Shown in pieces: positions 39,372 through 54,405 of a DNA stretch of 64,000 bases (position 1 is the first letter of the stretch; every line of letters begins with the position of its first letter). This stretch comes from Octopus vulgaris. Its lineage: Eukaryota. The position numbers and the translations under genes are program-made. Location of the stretch: positions 120,900,001-120,964,000 of the forward strand of contig OX597816.1 of the NCBI GenBank assembly GCA_951406725.2, read 5' to 3'. The notes under the pieces were generated by a model. That model had not been told where the DNA came from. It searched no databases and saw only the letters and a program-made list of their open reading frames with translations.

Positions 39372-42300
39372 GAGTCACACATTGATGACTGCTTAACATT
39401 GGCTACTAGAAGGAATAGAAGATACATTCAATATGGCAAACATTTTAGCTTTTTATTGGCTCCTTATTATTACTACAGATAGAATAACACACAACCAGTA
39501 TGGTTGTATTTCTTTCTTTCTTTTTTTCTTTCTTTTCTTTTTTCTTTCTTTTCTTCTCCAGATATGTTTTAGTGCTAAAAATTGAGTTCTAGCTTGAGTG
39601 CAGTTACCATGCATACTCAGTAGTCACCATCATGATTTAATATCCGTTGTCCAGACTGGCATGAGTTGGATGGTTTGAACAGAGCTAGCAAGCTGGGGAG
39701 CTGCACCAGAATCTAGTCTGATTTGGTATGGCTTCTATGGCTGGTTGCCCTTCCTAATGCTAACTGCTTTACAGAGAGTGCCAGGTGCTTTTATGTGACA
39801 CCACAAAGGCACTTATATGTGGTACTGCACATGTGCTTTTACATGGAACTGCACAGGCACTTTTATGTGGAACCACATAGGTGCTTTTACATGATGCCAC
39901 ATGGAAACTGTGACACCACACTGGCACTTTTATGTGACACTGCATGGGTGATTTTATGCAGCACTACCACAAGTGCTTTACACCATCAGCAGGATTGGTC
40001 TTAATACTTCTGCTGTAGGCTACAGGTCTACTTGACTATAGTCAGGTACTGAATTATTTTTTTTATAAAGTGCACTGTCTCTGTCTGTTTATCTGTCTGT
40101 CTCTCTCTCTCATTTTCTCTCCTTAAATATCTAAATGTCCCTGATGAGCTGATCATTAACAAATTTATTTTCCAGACTACTAACATCATCTTTAGAGATG
40201 AAATATTTTTGATACTTACATCTCCCCTACATTTTGATCAGCTTGATGTCTCTAAGCCTCATTTAAAAAGAACAAATGGAGTTTAAACTGATGGAAACAT
40301 AGTTTATATGCAGTGTACAAAAAAGTAAATTTAGAAATCAGGGCTCTTGGTTTAACCCTTTACCATTTAAACCATCCATATCTGGCCTAAATAATCTAGG
40401 CTTCTTACACGAATCCTGCAATGTCATTCTAAAAATAAACAATCACATTATTGAAATCTTGAAGTTACAAGAAAATGCATTCAAAATAATGTGAATAAAT
40501 AAGCATTTGACTGAGTAATGTGAATGCTAAAGCACTTCAAGATTGTCGGAAATCAAACCGATAAAAATAGTGTGTAGATGTAAATATTGACACATTTATG
40601 AGCTATAAAAGGGAGGTTAAATCATCAGAAAAAGTTATAATTTTATTCTCTCTGTCTCTGAATTCAGTAACAATCTGTAGGCATCCATGGTGTTTCTGGA
40701 CTGTGCAGTCCTATGAAAAGATATTCCAACCATAATTTTTTTTTCATTTAACCTTGATATGTGTAGCATTACATTATTTATTGTGACCCTCCCATTTATC
40801 AGATGTTAGGGCTTAATTTAAAGAAGATTTGGCTACTGCTTATAGCAGGTTGGGCAACTACCTATCTAGAGATTCATTCCTTGGTTTGTCCCATTGCACC
40901 AATTTTAAGCTAAGTGGATAGTGAGTGGTGTGCATACATACATATATGGAACCACCCACCATAACAGAATTGAGATCCTAAAACCAAGGTGCCACATAAA
41001 AAGTACCCAGTACACTCTGTAAAGTGGTTGACTTTAGGAAGGGTATCCAGATGTAGAAACCAAGCCAAAACTGACTATGGAACCTGATGTGGCCCCTGGC
41101 CTTGCCAATTCCTGCCAAGCCATCCAACCCATGCCATCATGGGAAATGGGTATTAAATGATATGTGTGTGTGTGCATAGCTGTGTGGTTAAGAAGCTTGC
41201 TTTGCTGCTACATAATTTTGAGTTCATTCCCACTGCATAGCATCTTGGGCAGGTGTCTTCTACAATAGTTCTGAGCAAACGAATGCCTTGTAAGTGAATT
41301 TGATAGATAGACATTGTGTGGAAGCCTTTTGTGTATATATGTGTGTGTGTGTGTGTATGTGATTTTTCCCCCACTCCTCAGCTTGACAGAAGAGACTGAT
41401 ATAATTAGTACCAGACTTTAAAAAATAAGTATCAAGTCAATTTTTGCTAAAACCCTTGAAGGCAGTGCCCCAGCATGGCTACAATCCAAAGACTGAAACA
41501 AGTAAAAGAGAAAAGATATCTTCCCTACCAGCTATATTCAGTACAACCCTAGTACTAAGATACAAAATAACTTTTTTGCCACTAGTTGATTTAATTCACA
41601 TGATGCTGGTGTAAGAAGCACTGGTTGTACTGTCAGCATGTTTGCAAACCATTGCCCCTACCACCACCACCATTCTTATTTTTTTCCTTTTTTGTTAGGA
41701 GTTATTGAATGCAAGTGAAAGGGCCAAGCAATCAATTCAACATTGTTGTATTGTCATAGCATCTTTGATTGTGATGCTACAGGTCATGGTGTTATTTTGT
41801 CTTCTAGTGTTTTTTTTTTAACTTGAATAAATCGTCTTTTGCACTGGAAAAGAAAAAAAAAATATTAAAAAAAATGAAAAGAACTGGTCAAAGAAATTGG
41901 GCCCAGTTAATATCTATAGAAATGTATAAATGAAAATTGGGGGAAGAAAAGAAGTTGGGAAATACAGAAAGAATGGTAGTTAAGGTGCAGTGGGGCGTAG
42001 AAAGTGAAGCTTAAAACTCCTTTCCATAAGGGCTTTCAATTTTCTCTTTATATTTTTCATGTTCATTCATTTGTGTTCTTTTTCTGTTCATTTTTTCTTC
42101 CCATCTTTCTTCTTTTCTTTTTCAAAAATCATTTCCTATTCCCCTTCTTTCTTTCATTGTTTAATTCTTCTTCTTCTTTTTTTGTCACTATTTCCTTGTT
42201 CTTTACTCTTCTTGTAAATGTCAGGTGTGTTTGAAATGATCTGGTCTGATGCAGACAACAGCAACAACAATAACAACAATAATATACAAGCATAAGCAAA

Positions 42301-42650
42301 AGAATGTCTTGCTTTCACACTGACTTACATAAATACCACACCAAAAAACAAAAAAAATATAAGACAAGAACAGACTTATAAACTAAGTGACTGACAACTT
42401 AAACCCTTCCACTGAACCTTATTTATGTATGTGTTGAACAGGAATGGTTTGTCACTTCTTCTTGCCTTTACCTTTTGTTTGTCAATTGCTCCCAAGGATT
42501 ACCTGCATTTTACTTTTTAAGAAAATGTAGAAAGAAAACCAATTAAAATCAAAGCTATGAATATAAGCATATTTCTATGAATATAATACGTACATGCCAT
42601 ACATAAGTATTTACGTGTGCATTGTGTGTTTTCACCATCATATTTGTATC

Positions 42651-42684
<34 letters not shown>

Positions 42685-42721
42685 CATCATCATTAATAAG
42701 CAACAAGGATATCCAGAGGTA

Positions 42722-42810
42722 ATGCAGTACAATCGTTTCATGCAACTCCATTTAATTGAGCAATGCAATCATTACATCGATTTAAAACGCAGAGCAATCC
42801 TCAGCTGCAT
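42722..42810 (-). ncRNA. Type I hammerhead ribozyme motif with a long stem II (element ~42695-43054)
   Basis: Minus strand atgcag-CTGAGGA-ttgctctgcgttttaa...ttaaatggagttgcat-GAAA-cgatt-GTA^-ctgcat: perfect 6-bp stem I; near-palindromic stem III ACGATTGT; the first stem II pair is a U-U mismatch. Confidence 0.7.
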
Positions 42811-43110
42811 AAAGACATAGAATTTAATTAAATTAGAACAAATGGTCACATTAGTATAATTATACCTAAAATCTCCAAGAAGTTAAGGAGATAGACAAAG
42901 AACATACTGCGTTCACTCCAGCATAGAAGCTAACTGCATTACCTCTGGATATCCTTGTTGCTTATTTTGAATTTAATCACCTTACTTTGAAATTGTATGG
43001 ATAATACTGTATTAAATTCTGGTGCCTCAACTTTAGACCATATTCACCTGAATCTATATATATATATATATGAAAGAAGGTTTGAAAATGCAATTTTAAA
43101 ATATGTTTAT

Positions 43111-43156
43111 TTACTTTACCGGTTTCACTTTTTTAGAAAAAGATTGTCAAAAGTAA
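43111..43156 (-). ncRNA. Degenerate hammerhead motif
   Basis: Minus strand ttactt-TTGACAA-tctttttctaaaaaagt-GAAA-ccg-GTA^-aagtaa: 6-bp stem I, palindromic ACCGGT, two core transitions. Confidence 0.5.
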
Positions 43157-43162
43157 CATGTA

Positions 43163-43550
43163 AAAGCTTGGTTGTGTTAGGTACTGGTTGTCACAAAATA
43201 CTACAATACATATATACATTCTTTGATAACAAGAACATGTTAAGAGAAGTTTACAAGGGAAAATCTTGGGAAAATATAAAAAAGTTTAACAAGTTCACCA
43301 AAATATTGGGCACAAAAGCTTGGTTGTGCCAGGTACTGGTTGTCACAAAATATTACAATATACATATACATTCCTTGATAATAAGAACATGTTAAGAATA
43401 GCTTACAAGGGAAAATCTTGAGAAAATATAAAAAAGTTTAACAAGTTCATTAAAATATTGGGCACAAAAGATTACAATATATATATACATTCTCAAGAAA
43501 ATGTTAAAGATAGTTTCCAGAAGGAATTATTAAAAAGTTCAGTGAAATAT
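43163..43550. repeat. 152-bp tandem repeat (about 2.5 copies) adjoining the 43111 hammerhead
   Basis: aaagcttggttgtg..aggtactggttgtcacaaaata... starts at 43163 and again at 43315, with a decayed third copy. Confidence 0.8.
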
Positions 43551-44318
43551 TGGTATTGTATCTGTATATATATACATACAGAATATTATAAGTTCAAAAA
43601 AGTTTACATTTTAGTAGTAGGGTAGCTTTAACTTGCCTGATTAACCATGTTGTCGAAAAATAGTCTTGTGAGTGGATTTGGCAGACGGAAACTGAAAGAA
43701 GCCCGTCGTGTATATGTATATATATGTGTGTGTCTGTGTTTATCCCCCCAATATCCCTTGACAACTGCTGCTGGTGTGTTTACGTCCCCATAACTTAGCG
43801 GTTCAGCAAAAGAGAACCGATAGAATAAGTACTAGGCTTACAAAGAATAAGTCCCAGGGTCGATTTGCTTGACTAAAGGTGGTGCTCCAGCATAGCCGCA
43901 GTCAAATGACGGAAACAAGTAAAAAAGAAAAGAGTAAAAGAGTATACCAGAGCAACCTGTCGACACCCAATTCAACATTATGAGCCATTCCATTGCGCAT
44001 TTATCAGTGTGTGGCATCACACAGCATGGATCCACATTCTCAGGAAATGGAGGGAACATTTTATTTTCAATGTGGCACCATGTTTCTAACAGGTTTAAAT
44101 GAACATTTTTTCCTTCAACTCCTACACCTTCTTTTAATTCCTTAAATCCTTTCTTATCCTTCAACTCTTCTCTCTCTTCATCTTTTCCATTCATCTCACT
44201 CTTGACTTTACCTGCTTCTCATTCTATTGCTCTTTCCTTCTTCCTTTTTACACTGTTTCTGTTATCATTGCTTGTTTACAAATGACTTTCACATGGTTCT
44301 ACATTCCTTATCAGAACC

Positions 44319-44509
44319 TCTGGTGGTTGAATAGGAGAATTTTACTTTATGGCAATTAAATACTTGAAGGTGGAAAATATTCATCATGTGCTGCAAAGAA
44401 TTTCTGAAGAATATTAGTTGTTACGTAAGATAAATATTTCCCACCTTCAAGTAAGGAAAGGAAATTATTTTATCACCATAGAGTAAAATTTTCCTAATCA
44501 ATCACCAGA
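44319..44509. repeat. Short degenerate foldback (MITE-like)
   Basis: tctggtggttgaataggagaattttactttatgg / ccatagagtaaaattttcctaatcaatcaccaga, with inner arms tacttgaaggtgg / ccaccttcaagta. Confidence 0.7.
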
Positions 44510-44849
44510 AATTTAACTGAAATTATAACAACACATAAGAAAAGTAAAATTAGACAGTATCTCAATTCAAAATTGATAAACATGAGTAGAACTGATAGGA
44601 TCAATTTTGAGATAAACTCTAATACTAATTTTCCTGAACTAGTTTTTGATACTTTGGGTGAAGGTAATTCCAACAGTGGAATTAATAGTACTTTTATGAT
44701 AACATTTAGTAATAATATTGATTATAATACTGCTAATAATCCTGTTTTTCTGTATCTAGATATGTTGGCACAATAGAAGCAATCATTAATAATGTATGGT
44801 GTAATTATCAATGAAAGATGTGATTTCTCCACCTTTGTTCATATTTTGA

Positions 44850-44887
<38 letters not shown>

Positions 44888-45971
44888 GGGGAAAGTGTGT
44901 GTGTATGTGTGTGAGTATACCTGTATATGTGGGAGTGTGCTTGTGTGTCACTTGTCTTGATAGTTGTGTCACCCTCATACAAACTGTCATTTCTTTCCAG
45001 TCTTCTATGAAAATATCTGCTGCTGAGGGGGGGAAATATGACCTTACTTGGAAACAGGTGAGGGCTGACAACAGGGAAGGCATCTGGCCATAGAAAATTT
45101 GTCTCAGCAAATTCCATCTGACCCATGCAAGCTTCAAAAAGTAACCATTTAAATGATGATACTGGTGTTATATATACATATAGGTACAGGTGTGACTGTG
45201 TGGTAAGAAGTTTGTTTCCCAACCACATGGTTCGAGGTTCAGTCCCATTGCATAGCACCTTGGGCAAGTGTCTTCTACTATAGCCTTGGGCTGACCAAAG
45301 CCTTGTGAGTGGATTTGGTAGTTGAAAACTGAAAGAAGCCTGTCATGTATTTGTGTGTGTGTGTGTATGTGTGTGTGTGGCTGTGCTTGTCCCTCCTATC
45401 ACCACTTGACAACTGGTGTTGGTGTGTTTACATCCCCCATAACTTAGCAGTTCGGCAAAAGAATAATACTAGGCTTAAGAAATAAGTCCTGGTGTCAAGG
45501 CAGTGTTCCAGCATGGCCACAGTCAAATGATTGAAACGAGTAAAAGAATAAATGAGTATATGTAATACACACACACAATAAACCACCCAACCCATACTAC
45601 TATAGAAAAACGGATGTCATATGATGATGATGATGATGATGATTGTTATATGCATATACTTATGTATATGTGTCTGCAATTTCAATTATATGTGTACTTA
45701 GGTGCACACACACACACACACATGTACAGATGTGTAAGTATGTACAATCCGTATACTACTCTGTTGGCAACTGTTGTATATGTATTCATTTGAAGGTGTT
45801 GCCTGTCTGTGTTGCTAGTGTATGGCTAGTCAATGAATCTGAATAACCACAGCCCTGCAAATAGAAACCTTTAACCATTGTAATTATCACATTTATGATC
45901 TCAGTAAGCCAGTTTAGACTATTTTGTGGCAGTTGGTCATACTCTGTCTGTGTGTCTCTGTGACTTTCTCT

Positions 45972-46003
<32 letters not shown>

Positions 46004-46215
46004 TATCTGTCCATTTCTCTCTCTCTCTCTCTCTTTCTCTCTTTTTAATATGTATGCTTGTATGTATGTTTATATCTACACATATATTTGTCTAGATGTA
46101 GACAGATGTGTGTGTATGAGTGTGTATTAAATTCATGTATGTGTGTGTGTGTTTGTGTGTGTATTGCTAGCCACTACACATTCGTTATTTTCTCTCCTTG
46201 TTTCTTTCTCTGTTC

Positions 46216-46251
46216 CTTTCTGTGGAAGAGCGTAGGCTCAAAATGTTAAAG
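46216..46251 (+). ncRNA. Degenerate minimal hammerhead motif (CTGTNGA family)
   Basis: cttt-CTGTGGA-A-GAGC-gtag-GCTC-AAAA-TGTT-aaag; same family as 57364. Confidence 0.45.
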
Positions 46252-46489
46252 ACTTTTTCACTTCCCGAGCATTATACTAATACATCTGTTTGTTACAGTG
46301 AAGAATTCACTGTTTAAAGCTGGTGTTTGGAACATACATTAACATGAAATTTTGATAGAAGAAGGTTTTAGTTTAGGTCACTTTAAAACAGGGAGTTTGT
46401 TTCATCAAACCAGGGCTAGGGTTGGTATCCAAAAGGTTAAAAACAGAAGAAAATCCTTGCTAGTTTAGAGATTATTGTCATTGTAGTGG

Positions 46490-46750
46490 AAGGGACAGGA
46501 TGAGGAAGAGGAGGGGAAGAAGAAGGAGAGGAGGAACATGAGGAGGAGCAAGAAGAAGAGGAGGGGAGGAGGAGGAGCAAGAAGAGAAGGGGAGGAGGAG
46601 GAGCTAGAGGAAGTGGGGAGGAAGAAGAGGAAGAAGTGGAGAAGCAAGAGGAAAAGGGGGAAGAAGGAGAGGAGAAGCAAGAGGTAGAGGAAGAAAAGGA
46701 GGAGGAGGAAGAAGAAGAAGAAGAAGAGGAGGAGGAAAAGAAAGAAGGGG
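46490..46750 (+). repeat. Polypurine (GAG/GAA) low-complexity tract
   Basis: Direct reading. Confidence 0.85.
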
Positions 46751-47455
46751 CCATTAACTCCATGCCAATGGGCCACTTATCCCTTTAGCATTTAAAATGT
46801 CTAAATCCAGTTTTATGTTCAGACATGGACTGATCTAATCTCTCACACATGTCATTCTAAAAATAGACAATAACATCATCAAGATCTCAAATCTGTGACA
46901 TAATACATGCTTAATTCAAAATAATATGAATAAAAAAGAATTAAATTTGTCAGAGTAATTTGAATGCTAAAGGGTTAATGTAGCATACTGGTGGGTGTAG
47001 ATTTGCCAATTGGTCAGATGTGCTTTTGGATGTGATCTAGAACGTTTGTTCTTGTGTGTGTTTGCATGTGTGTATAGTAGCTCCCCTAACCCATGTAGGT
47101 GAGGTGCACTTATACTTTGCATGAGGGTTAATCACTGTTTAAAGTTGAAATGCACACAAATATATTTGCACACATAAAGGTGGCGAGCTGGCAGAAACGT
47201 TAGCATGCCGGGAGAACTGCTCAGCAGTATTTCGTCTGCCGTTACGTTCTGGGTTCAAATTCCGCCGAGGTCGACTTTGCCTTTTATCCTTTCGGGGTCA
47301 ATAAATTAAGTGCCAATTACACACTGGGGTTGATCTAATCGACTTAATCCGTTTGTCTGTCCTTGTTTGTCCCCTCTATGTTTAGCCCCTTGTGGGCAAT
47401 AAAAAATTTTTTTAAATATTTGCACACATACAAATCTATAAATTACAGGACTGTA

Positions 47456-47486
<31 letters not shown>

Positions 47487-49441
47487 ATAGCCCTTTGACT
47501 ACCTTGTTGTCCATTGAGTTCTCATATTCTGTCACTTCTCAATGAAACCCTGCACTTGAAGTATTTGGTATTTCTGCTCTTTTCATGTTAGTGTACATTC
47601 CACCACTGCTTGCTTCCTCTAATTATATTTGGATATAAGCCTGCATATTTGTATATTATGTGTTTAACTCTGTGCATGTGTGTATGTGTTTCTTTGTTTA
47701 TACATTGATTTTTCTTATTGTATCATTTTCAATTTCTCACTCACTATCTCTTACTCTTTTTCTCTCAGTCACTCTCTGATTCAGTTTATGTGACTCTCCC
47801 TGACTCTCGCCTCTCTCTCTGCCCTATTGATTGGGCCTGTCACTCATATGTACATTCTCTCACTCACACAGACTTGAGCACACATGTATGCATGCATTAA
47901 AGGGAAGCAAATATTTATATTTTAACTTATAATTCCATTGATGTTGACTTTATCAGTTGATTTGTAAATCAAGATCGGTTTCCAGAAATTGCATAACAAA
48001 AATCTGTTGCTTGTAAATTTATTTGCTAAGAAAATGTATCATTATCATTATCAAAGATAGTGAATTGACAGCATTATTGGAGCACAGTGCTTTGGATGAG
48101 ATAGTTTGTAGCTGCGCTGGTTCCAGGAATTTTTTGAAGGGATGTCACTAGGTGAGAAGAGAATACAGTTCCAGTAGAAGAGGTTGTAATAACATTATTT
48201 AGAAAGGTGAACTTCTTTTCTTGATGGGGTCACGTGCCTCTCAGACCACCATCCCCTTGGGTCTGCCCCTGTGTAGTATTTGGGTAGTGACTTTGTCTGT
48301 TTCTTAGTTTAACACAACCATCTGGCTCTTGAGTATTTTTAGTAGAGTTAGCTCTTGTGCAAGCATTTGAGCCAGGTTTCTGGTATGAAGTTAACTCTCA
48401 TTTTCAACCACTGGCGGTAAAGTCCCTAAAAATAGATAAAGCTTTGTGTATGCTGCCTTTTCCTGTCTGAGTAAATGGTAGAAAAAAAATCCTATGCTGA
48501 GGAATTTTCTGTGATAGAAATGCGGGAATAGTAGGTAAGGATTATTTTTAGATTGAAACATTAAAACATTAAAGGTTACTGTTTGATAGAAATACCCTGA
48601 TTATAAATAAGCATTCTATAAGTTTTCCAAGGAAAAGTTAAAGATTACAGGAAAAGCTGTTTATTTTTACAGTGAAAGTGACTTGATAGTTTGTGAATAC
48701 TACATAAGTTATTGCTGTAGCTTTCGGTATTAGGTTACTGTTTCTCTCTCATTTTGATATCAGCATTGCAGGACATGTTACTGAAAGTGTATTACATATT
48801 TCCATTCACTTTTGGCTCACTACCAGAGGAAACTTGGAGTGAATTACAGCTACTGCTCTATTCAAGAGAACTGTTTGATTCATCGACTGTACGAAGTATA
48901 TGAGTGACTGACTGAATCAATAACCAGGTCAGAGAGTGAGAGTATTTCTTGTGTGTTGTTATGGTTGATGAAAAAACAACAACTAATTAACTTCAGAGTG
49001 AAAAGATGCATTCAATTTCAGTATCAAGAGACAAGGATACAAGGGTGAACTTTGTAACTATCTTTACCTGTTGAGTTGAACCAAACAAACTTTTGATGTA
49101 CAGAGATCATAATATGCACTGACTTGTGTATATGTGAAAAAGATTAAATTCCAGTCTTGATATGTTCTATTGCTCTGTTTTGTCTTGTCTGTTTTAATCT
49201 GATTTTCTATAAAGAAATAGTTTCTAACTCAATATGGTTATGAGTTTATGAATGGAAGCTCCTCGCAAGATTTGTAAGTGATATTCTTGCATGTTAGACT
49301 GTATTTATGTATTAAATATTTTAGTTAACTTAATTGAAGGTTACTAGCATTATTGTTTAGAACTAGTCATGTCTTGTAATTTCATTCAATTATGAATGAT
49401 ATAGTGATATATCTGTAATGATCGCACCTTGACATATAGTT

Positions 49442-49610
49442 CAGGGCCATCTTAATAGCATTATTAGCTCCTAGGCAACTAAATGCTCTGGGCCCTATAC
49501 TATACATTTACTGCCAGCAAGCCACTGCATATATAGATCAGAAATGGACTCTTAGACCCTTGCAGCCCCCAGGCAATTGCCCAGTGAGCCCATGCCTTAA
49601 GATGGCACTG
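49442..49610. mobile_element. Small MITE (hAT-like termini); related end at ~35323
   Basis: TIRs cagggccatcttaa / ttaagatggcactg; no clear TSD. Confidence 0.55.
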
Positions 49611-50229
49611 CTTATGCTGTCAAACATAGAATAGTGATGTTGCTGTAATGCTTCTACTTGAACTAGTATGACAATGCCTGGCATTGTTCATTAACAAGTG
49701 ATATCTCACTGAAACCATTAAATGTTGTTTTAATGTTTCTACTTAAATAACTGGTAGCATCTCATTTGTGTCAAAGATATTGCTCTGCTTCAACATGTAG
49801 TGTGCTACACGGATCAGTAACATAACTATAATCATCCATATTAATTGATAATATGTACCACATGGGTCAGTGATACTACTAAAATACCCTTTCTGATAGT
49901 GATACAACAGTAATGTACCCTACCTAATGTACCTGCTGGCAGTATCTTACAAAGATGTGTTGTACAATTGTAGTGTACTTGCTGTAACTGATGGAACATA
50001 TCTCACCTGGATCCATCATATTTCTATTACACCATTGGGTAGCCAATGTTGAAAGAGTGTCTACTCTCTCTCCTCTCTTTCTTGACTAATCTTCCTTTCA
50101 GTTCTTGGATTTTAACAGAATTAGTAGCATTCCTCCACTTTAGACATATGAAATACAGCTCATTATATAAAACACACACGCATGCGCACACACACACATG
50201 CACATATATATATAAATGTGTGTGTGTGT

Positions 50230-51025
<796 letters not shown>

Positions 51026-51868
51026 TGTTACGGAATCCCACCTGCCGTTGCTCAAACTCTTCGGGAAAAAACCTGGGACCCTACCAAGTCGAGCGACGAC
51101 GATTTACCGGCCCGATCGATCGGTGTTCTCGCCACGGACCCAAGGAGAGAGAGATAACTCGGTGGGGGGGGGAGCGGCAGCAAACACGGCAACCGGCGAC
51201 CAGAGATACCAACAACAATAAACAACAGCAGGAAGAGACACAAAGAGAGACATGGCGGAAGGCAATTTGGCTTACATTTAACAACAGTTTATACAATTAT
51301 TACATCAAATAAATCAAAGATACATCAGGTATACAACAAAGAAAACAACAAATCAAAGCATTTAAACATGCAGATACAGTTCAATACATTTCAGATCAAT
51401 TAATGTTCACGATACAGTCCAATGTTCAAATCACATTAAAGTCCTTCTCTTTCCTTTTTCAACACGTATCAACACAATTCACAATGTTCTTTATAATCTC
51501 TTTAGCACTGTTCTTTGTAACACATCAATTCTTTTACATTTCTTTTTCCTTCTTTTTTCACATATCTGACATAATATCTCTCCTAGTCTGTCTTCCTCTT
51601 TCCAGTCTGCCGTCACAGCAGAAACAACCTACTACTAACTTGCTCTGTCCTGTCTCTCGTATCAGTTCCGTCTCTTCTAGAGCTCCCGGCCGACTGTTTC
51701 TACAGGCCCACAGTTCCTCCTTTTTAAGGGGTGTTTCCAACGAACTTTCTTTCACCTGAAAAGGGTCGGAGGTCTCCCCAGAGCTAATCAATCCACCTGA
51801 ATCTGACAGGACAATGGATTTATTCCAAAAGTAGGTCGCAAGCACTGTCCTTAAATTGACCTATTCAT

Positions 51869-51872
<4 letters not shown>
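51026..51872 (-). mobile_element. Solo LTR (847 bp), related to the 36640 element
   Basis: Termini TGTTACGG...TCATAACA with ATAT on both sides; shares motifs with 36640-37756. Confidence 0.7.
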
Positions 51873-51933
<61 letters not shown>

Positions 51934-51949
51934 TATTTATACATATATC

Positions 51950-52320
51950 ATCATTCATCATCATTCATTTAGCGTCCGTTTTCCATGCTACCATGGGTTG
52001 GACGGTTCAACTGGGGTCTGGGGAGCCCGAAGGCTGCACCAGGCCAGTCAGATCTGGCAGTGTTTCTACAGCTGGATGCCCTTCCTAACGCCAACCACTC
52101 CGAGAGTGTAGTGGGTGATTTTATGTGCCACCGACACAGGTGCCAGACGAGGCTGGCGAACGGCCACGCTCGGATGGTGTTTTTATGTGCCACCGACACA
52201 GGTGCCAGATGAGGCTGGCGAACGGCCACGATCGGATGGTGTTTGTTACGTGCCCGCAGCACGGAGGCCAGTCGATGTGGTACTGGCTACGGCCACATTC
52301 GGATGGTTTTCTTGTGTGCC
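51950..52320 (-). mobile_element. SINE family D with (GAT)n tail and internal ~63-bp tandem units; other copies ~30770, 38500, 39625-, 40985, 60888
   Basis: Plus strand catcat-ttagcgtccgttttccatgcta...ctacagctggatgcccttcctaacgccaaccact, with repeated tgtgccaccgacacaggtgccaga-gaggctggcgaacggccacg. Confidence 0.75.
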
Positions 52321-52930
52321 ATACACATACATACATATATATATACATACATATATACACATACATACATACATATATATATATACATATATATATATAC
52401 ATACATATATACACGTACATACATACACACTCACACAAATGAACCCACACATACATCCCTACACACACACGCACGTACAAGCACACACGCACACATACAT
52501 TAGGTTAAGCACAGTTACTCGCCACACACCCAAACTCTACGCATACACACACATGCCCACACACACACACTACAAACAACACACACACATGATACATATA
52601 CTTACACGCACACACATATACCCCTTTGTTTTTTGACCTGGTTTTGACCTCGCTGGATACAAAAAAGTGCCACTCCTTTATGACAGCTAGCTTGCCATGC
52701 CTATTATTCACCATACATACATACACACACATGCACACACAAACACACTTGTCATCCTTGCACACACACGCACCCACACACATTCCTTGTCTTTGAAACT
52801 CTCTTGTTTTTAAAAATCATGATTCGTCTACCTTTCAACTTCTGTTCTTTCAACATGTGATCTCTTGAGCACCACCAGCAAAAATATTTTTTTCCTCTGT
52901 CTTCCCTTCTCGGGATCTTTCCTTCTCCTT

Positions 52931-52965
52931 GTTTCCGACGAAGAGCTCCGCTCGAAACGTTAAAC
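52931..52965 (+). ncRNA. Minimal hammerhead motif, same family as 26369 (element ~52790-53065)
   Basis: gttt-CCGACGA-A-GAGC-tcc-GCTC-GAAA-C-GTT^-aaac; downstream ttcctgagc-tc-aataatact...ttgttccacgt-ctcgcgttg...tgtttggattaa is shared with 26420-26490. Confidence 0.65.
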
Positions 52966-53396
52966 CCTGCTTCCCGTCTTTCCTGAGCGTCAAATAATAC
53001 TTTAATTGTTCCACGTCCTCGCGTTGCTGTGTTTTTTTCTGTGTTTTCTTGTTTGGATTAACCATATATATATATATACACATCACTTCCGGTTTTCGTA
53101 GAGGAAAGACGTGTTTGCTTTTGCTCTGTGAAAAAACAGAAAGGTTTGCATAAATCGACGAAATATACTACTAAAAGTAACAAAAAGTAGAACTTGTTAA
53201 CTCATAAATCTACTAAAATATATTAATTATAAACGTAATATATTTCGCTTGAAGCCAAATATAATGCGGTAAATTTGGTTACGCATGCTAGAATATTCGC
53301 CGAAAAGCACATGGTGGCAAATCTTCTCGTGAAAGAAAATTTCTACGTACAAGCACGTGGGTTTGGACTGTACCTTTCAAGATAAGTATCGCATGC

Positions 53397-54405
53397 AATT
53401 GTCTGTTTATTAATTTTTTAAGCTAACATCTCAGTTACGATTGTTTGTTTATTAATTTTTTAGGCTAACATCTCGGTTACGATTGTTTGTTTATAAATTT
53501 TTTAGGCTGACATCTCGGATACGATTATTTATTAATTTTTTAGGCTAACATCTCTGATACGATTGTTTTTTTATTAATTTTATAGGCTGACATCTCGGGT
53601 ACGATTGTTTGTTTATAAATTTTTTAGGCTAACATCTTAGTTACGATTGTTTGTTTATTAATTTTTTAGGCTAACATCTCAGTTACGATTGTTTGTTTAT
53701 TAATTTTTTAGGCTGACATCTCGGGTACGATTGTTTGTTTATAAATTTTTTAGGCTAACATCTTAGTTACGATTGTTTGTTTATTAATTTTTTAGGCTAA
53801 CATCTTAGTTACGATTGTTTGTTTATTAATTTTTTAGGCTAACATCTCAGAGTTACGATTGTTTGTTTATAAATTTTTTAGGCTAACATCTTAGTTACGA
53901 TTGTTTGTTTATTAATTTTTTAGGCTGACATCTCGGGTACGATTGTTTGTTTATAAATCTTTTAGGCTAACATCTTAGTTACGATTGTTTGTTTATTGAT
54001 TTTATAAGCTAACATCTCAGTTACGATTGTTTGTTTATTAATTTTTTAGGCTAACATCTTGGTTACGATTGTTTGTTTATTAATTTTTTAGGCTGACATC
54101 TCGGGTTCGATTGTTTGTTTATTAATTTTTTAGGCTGACATCTCGGGTTCGATTGTTTGTTTATTAATTTTATAAGCTAACATCTTAGTTACGATTGTTT
54201 GTTTATTAATTTTTTAGGCTAACATCTTGGTTACGATTGTTTGTTTATAAATTTTTTAGGCTAACATCTCAGAGTTACGATTGTTTGTTTATTAATTTTT
54301 AGGCTAACATCTTGGTTACGATTGTTTGTTTATAAATTTTTTAGGCTAACATCTCAGTTACGATTGTTTGTTTATTAATTTTTTTGGCTTACATCTCAGT
54401 TACAT
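53397..54405 (+). repeat. 42-bp minisatellite, ~24 copies, upstream of LINE ORF1; followed by a ~490-bp C/T tract
   Basis: Unit gattgtttgtttattaattttttaggctaacatcttagttac (for example, starts at 53771 and 53813). Confidence 0.92.

Noticed and set aside
39510-39600. Strong polypyrimidine tract plus CAG as an extra HDHD1 exon
   Set aside because: Phase-0 reading stops after 7 codons with no HDHD1 similarity, and the two real exons already join without a gap.
40141-40160. Isolated CTGATGAG
   Set aside because: No downstream stem II-GAAA; expected by chance.
46437-46776. Ser/Leu-rich ORFs (also 54368-54965)
   Set aside because: Low-complexity purine or pyrimidine tracts.
53397-54405. Regular repeat array resembling a CRISPR array (also 24312-24729)
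   Set aside because: Contiguous tandem units with no unique spacers, eukaryotic context and no cas genes.
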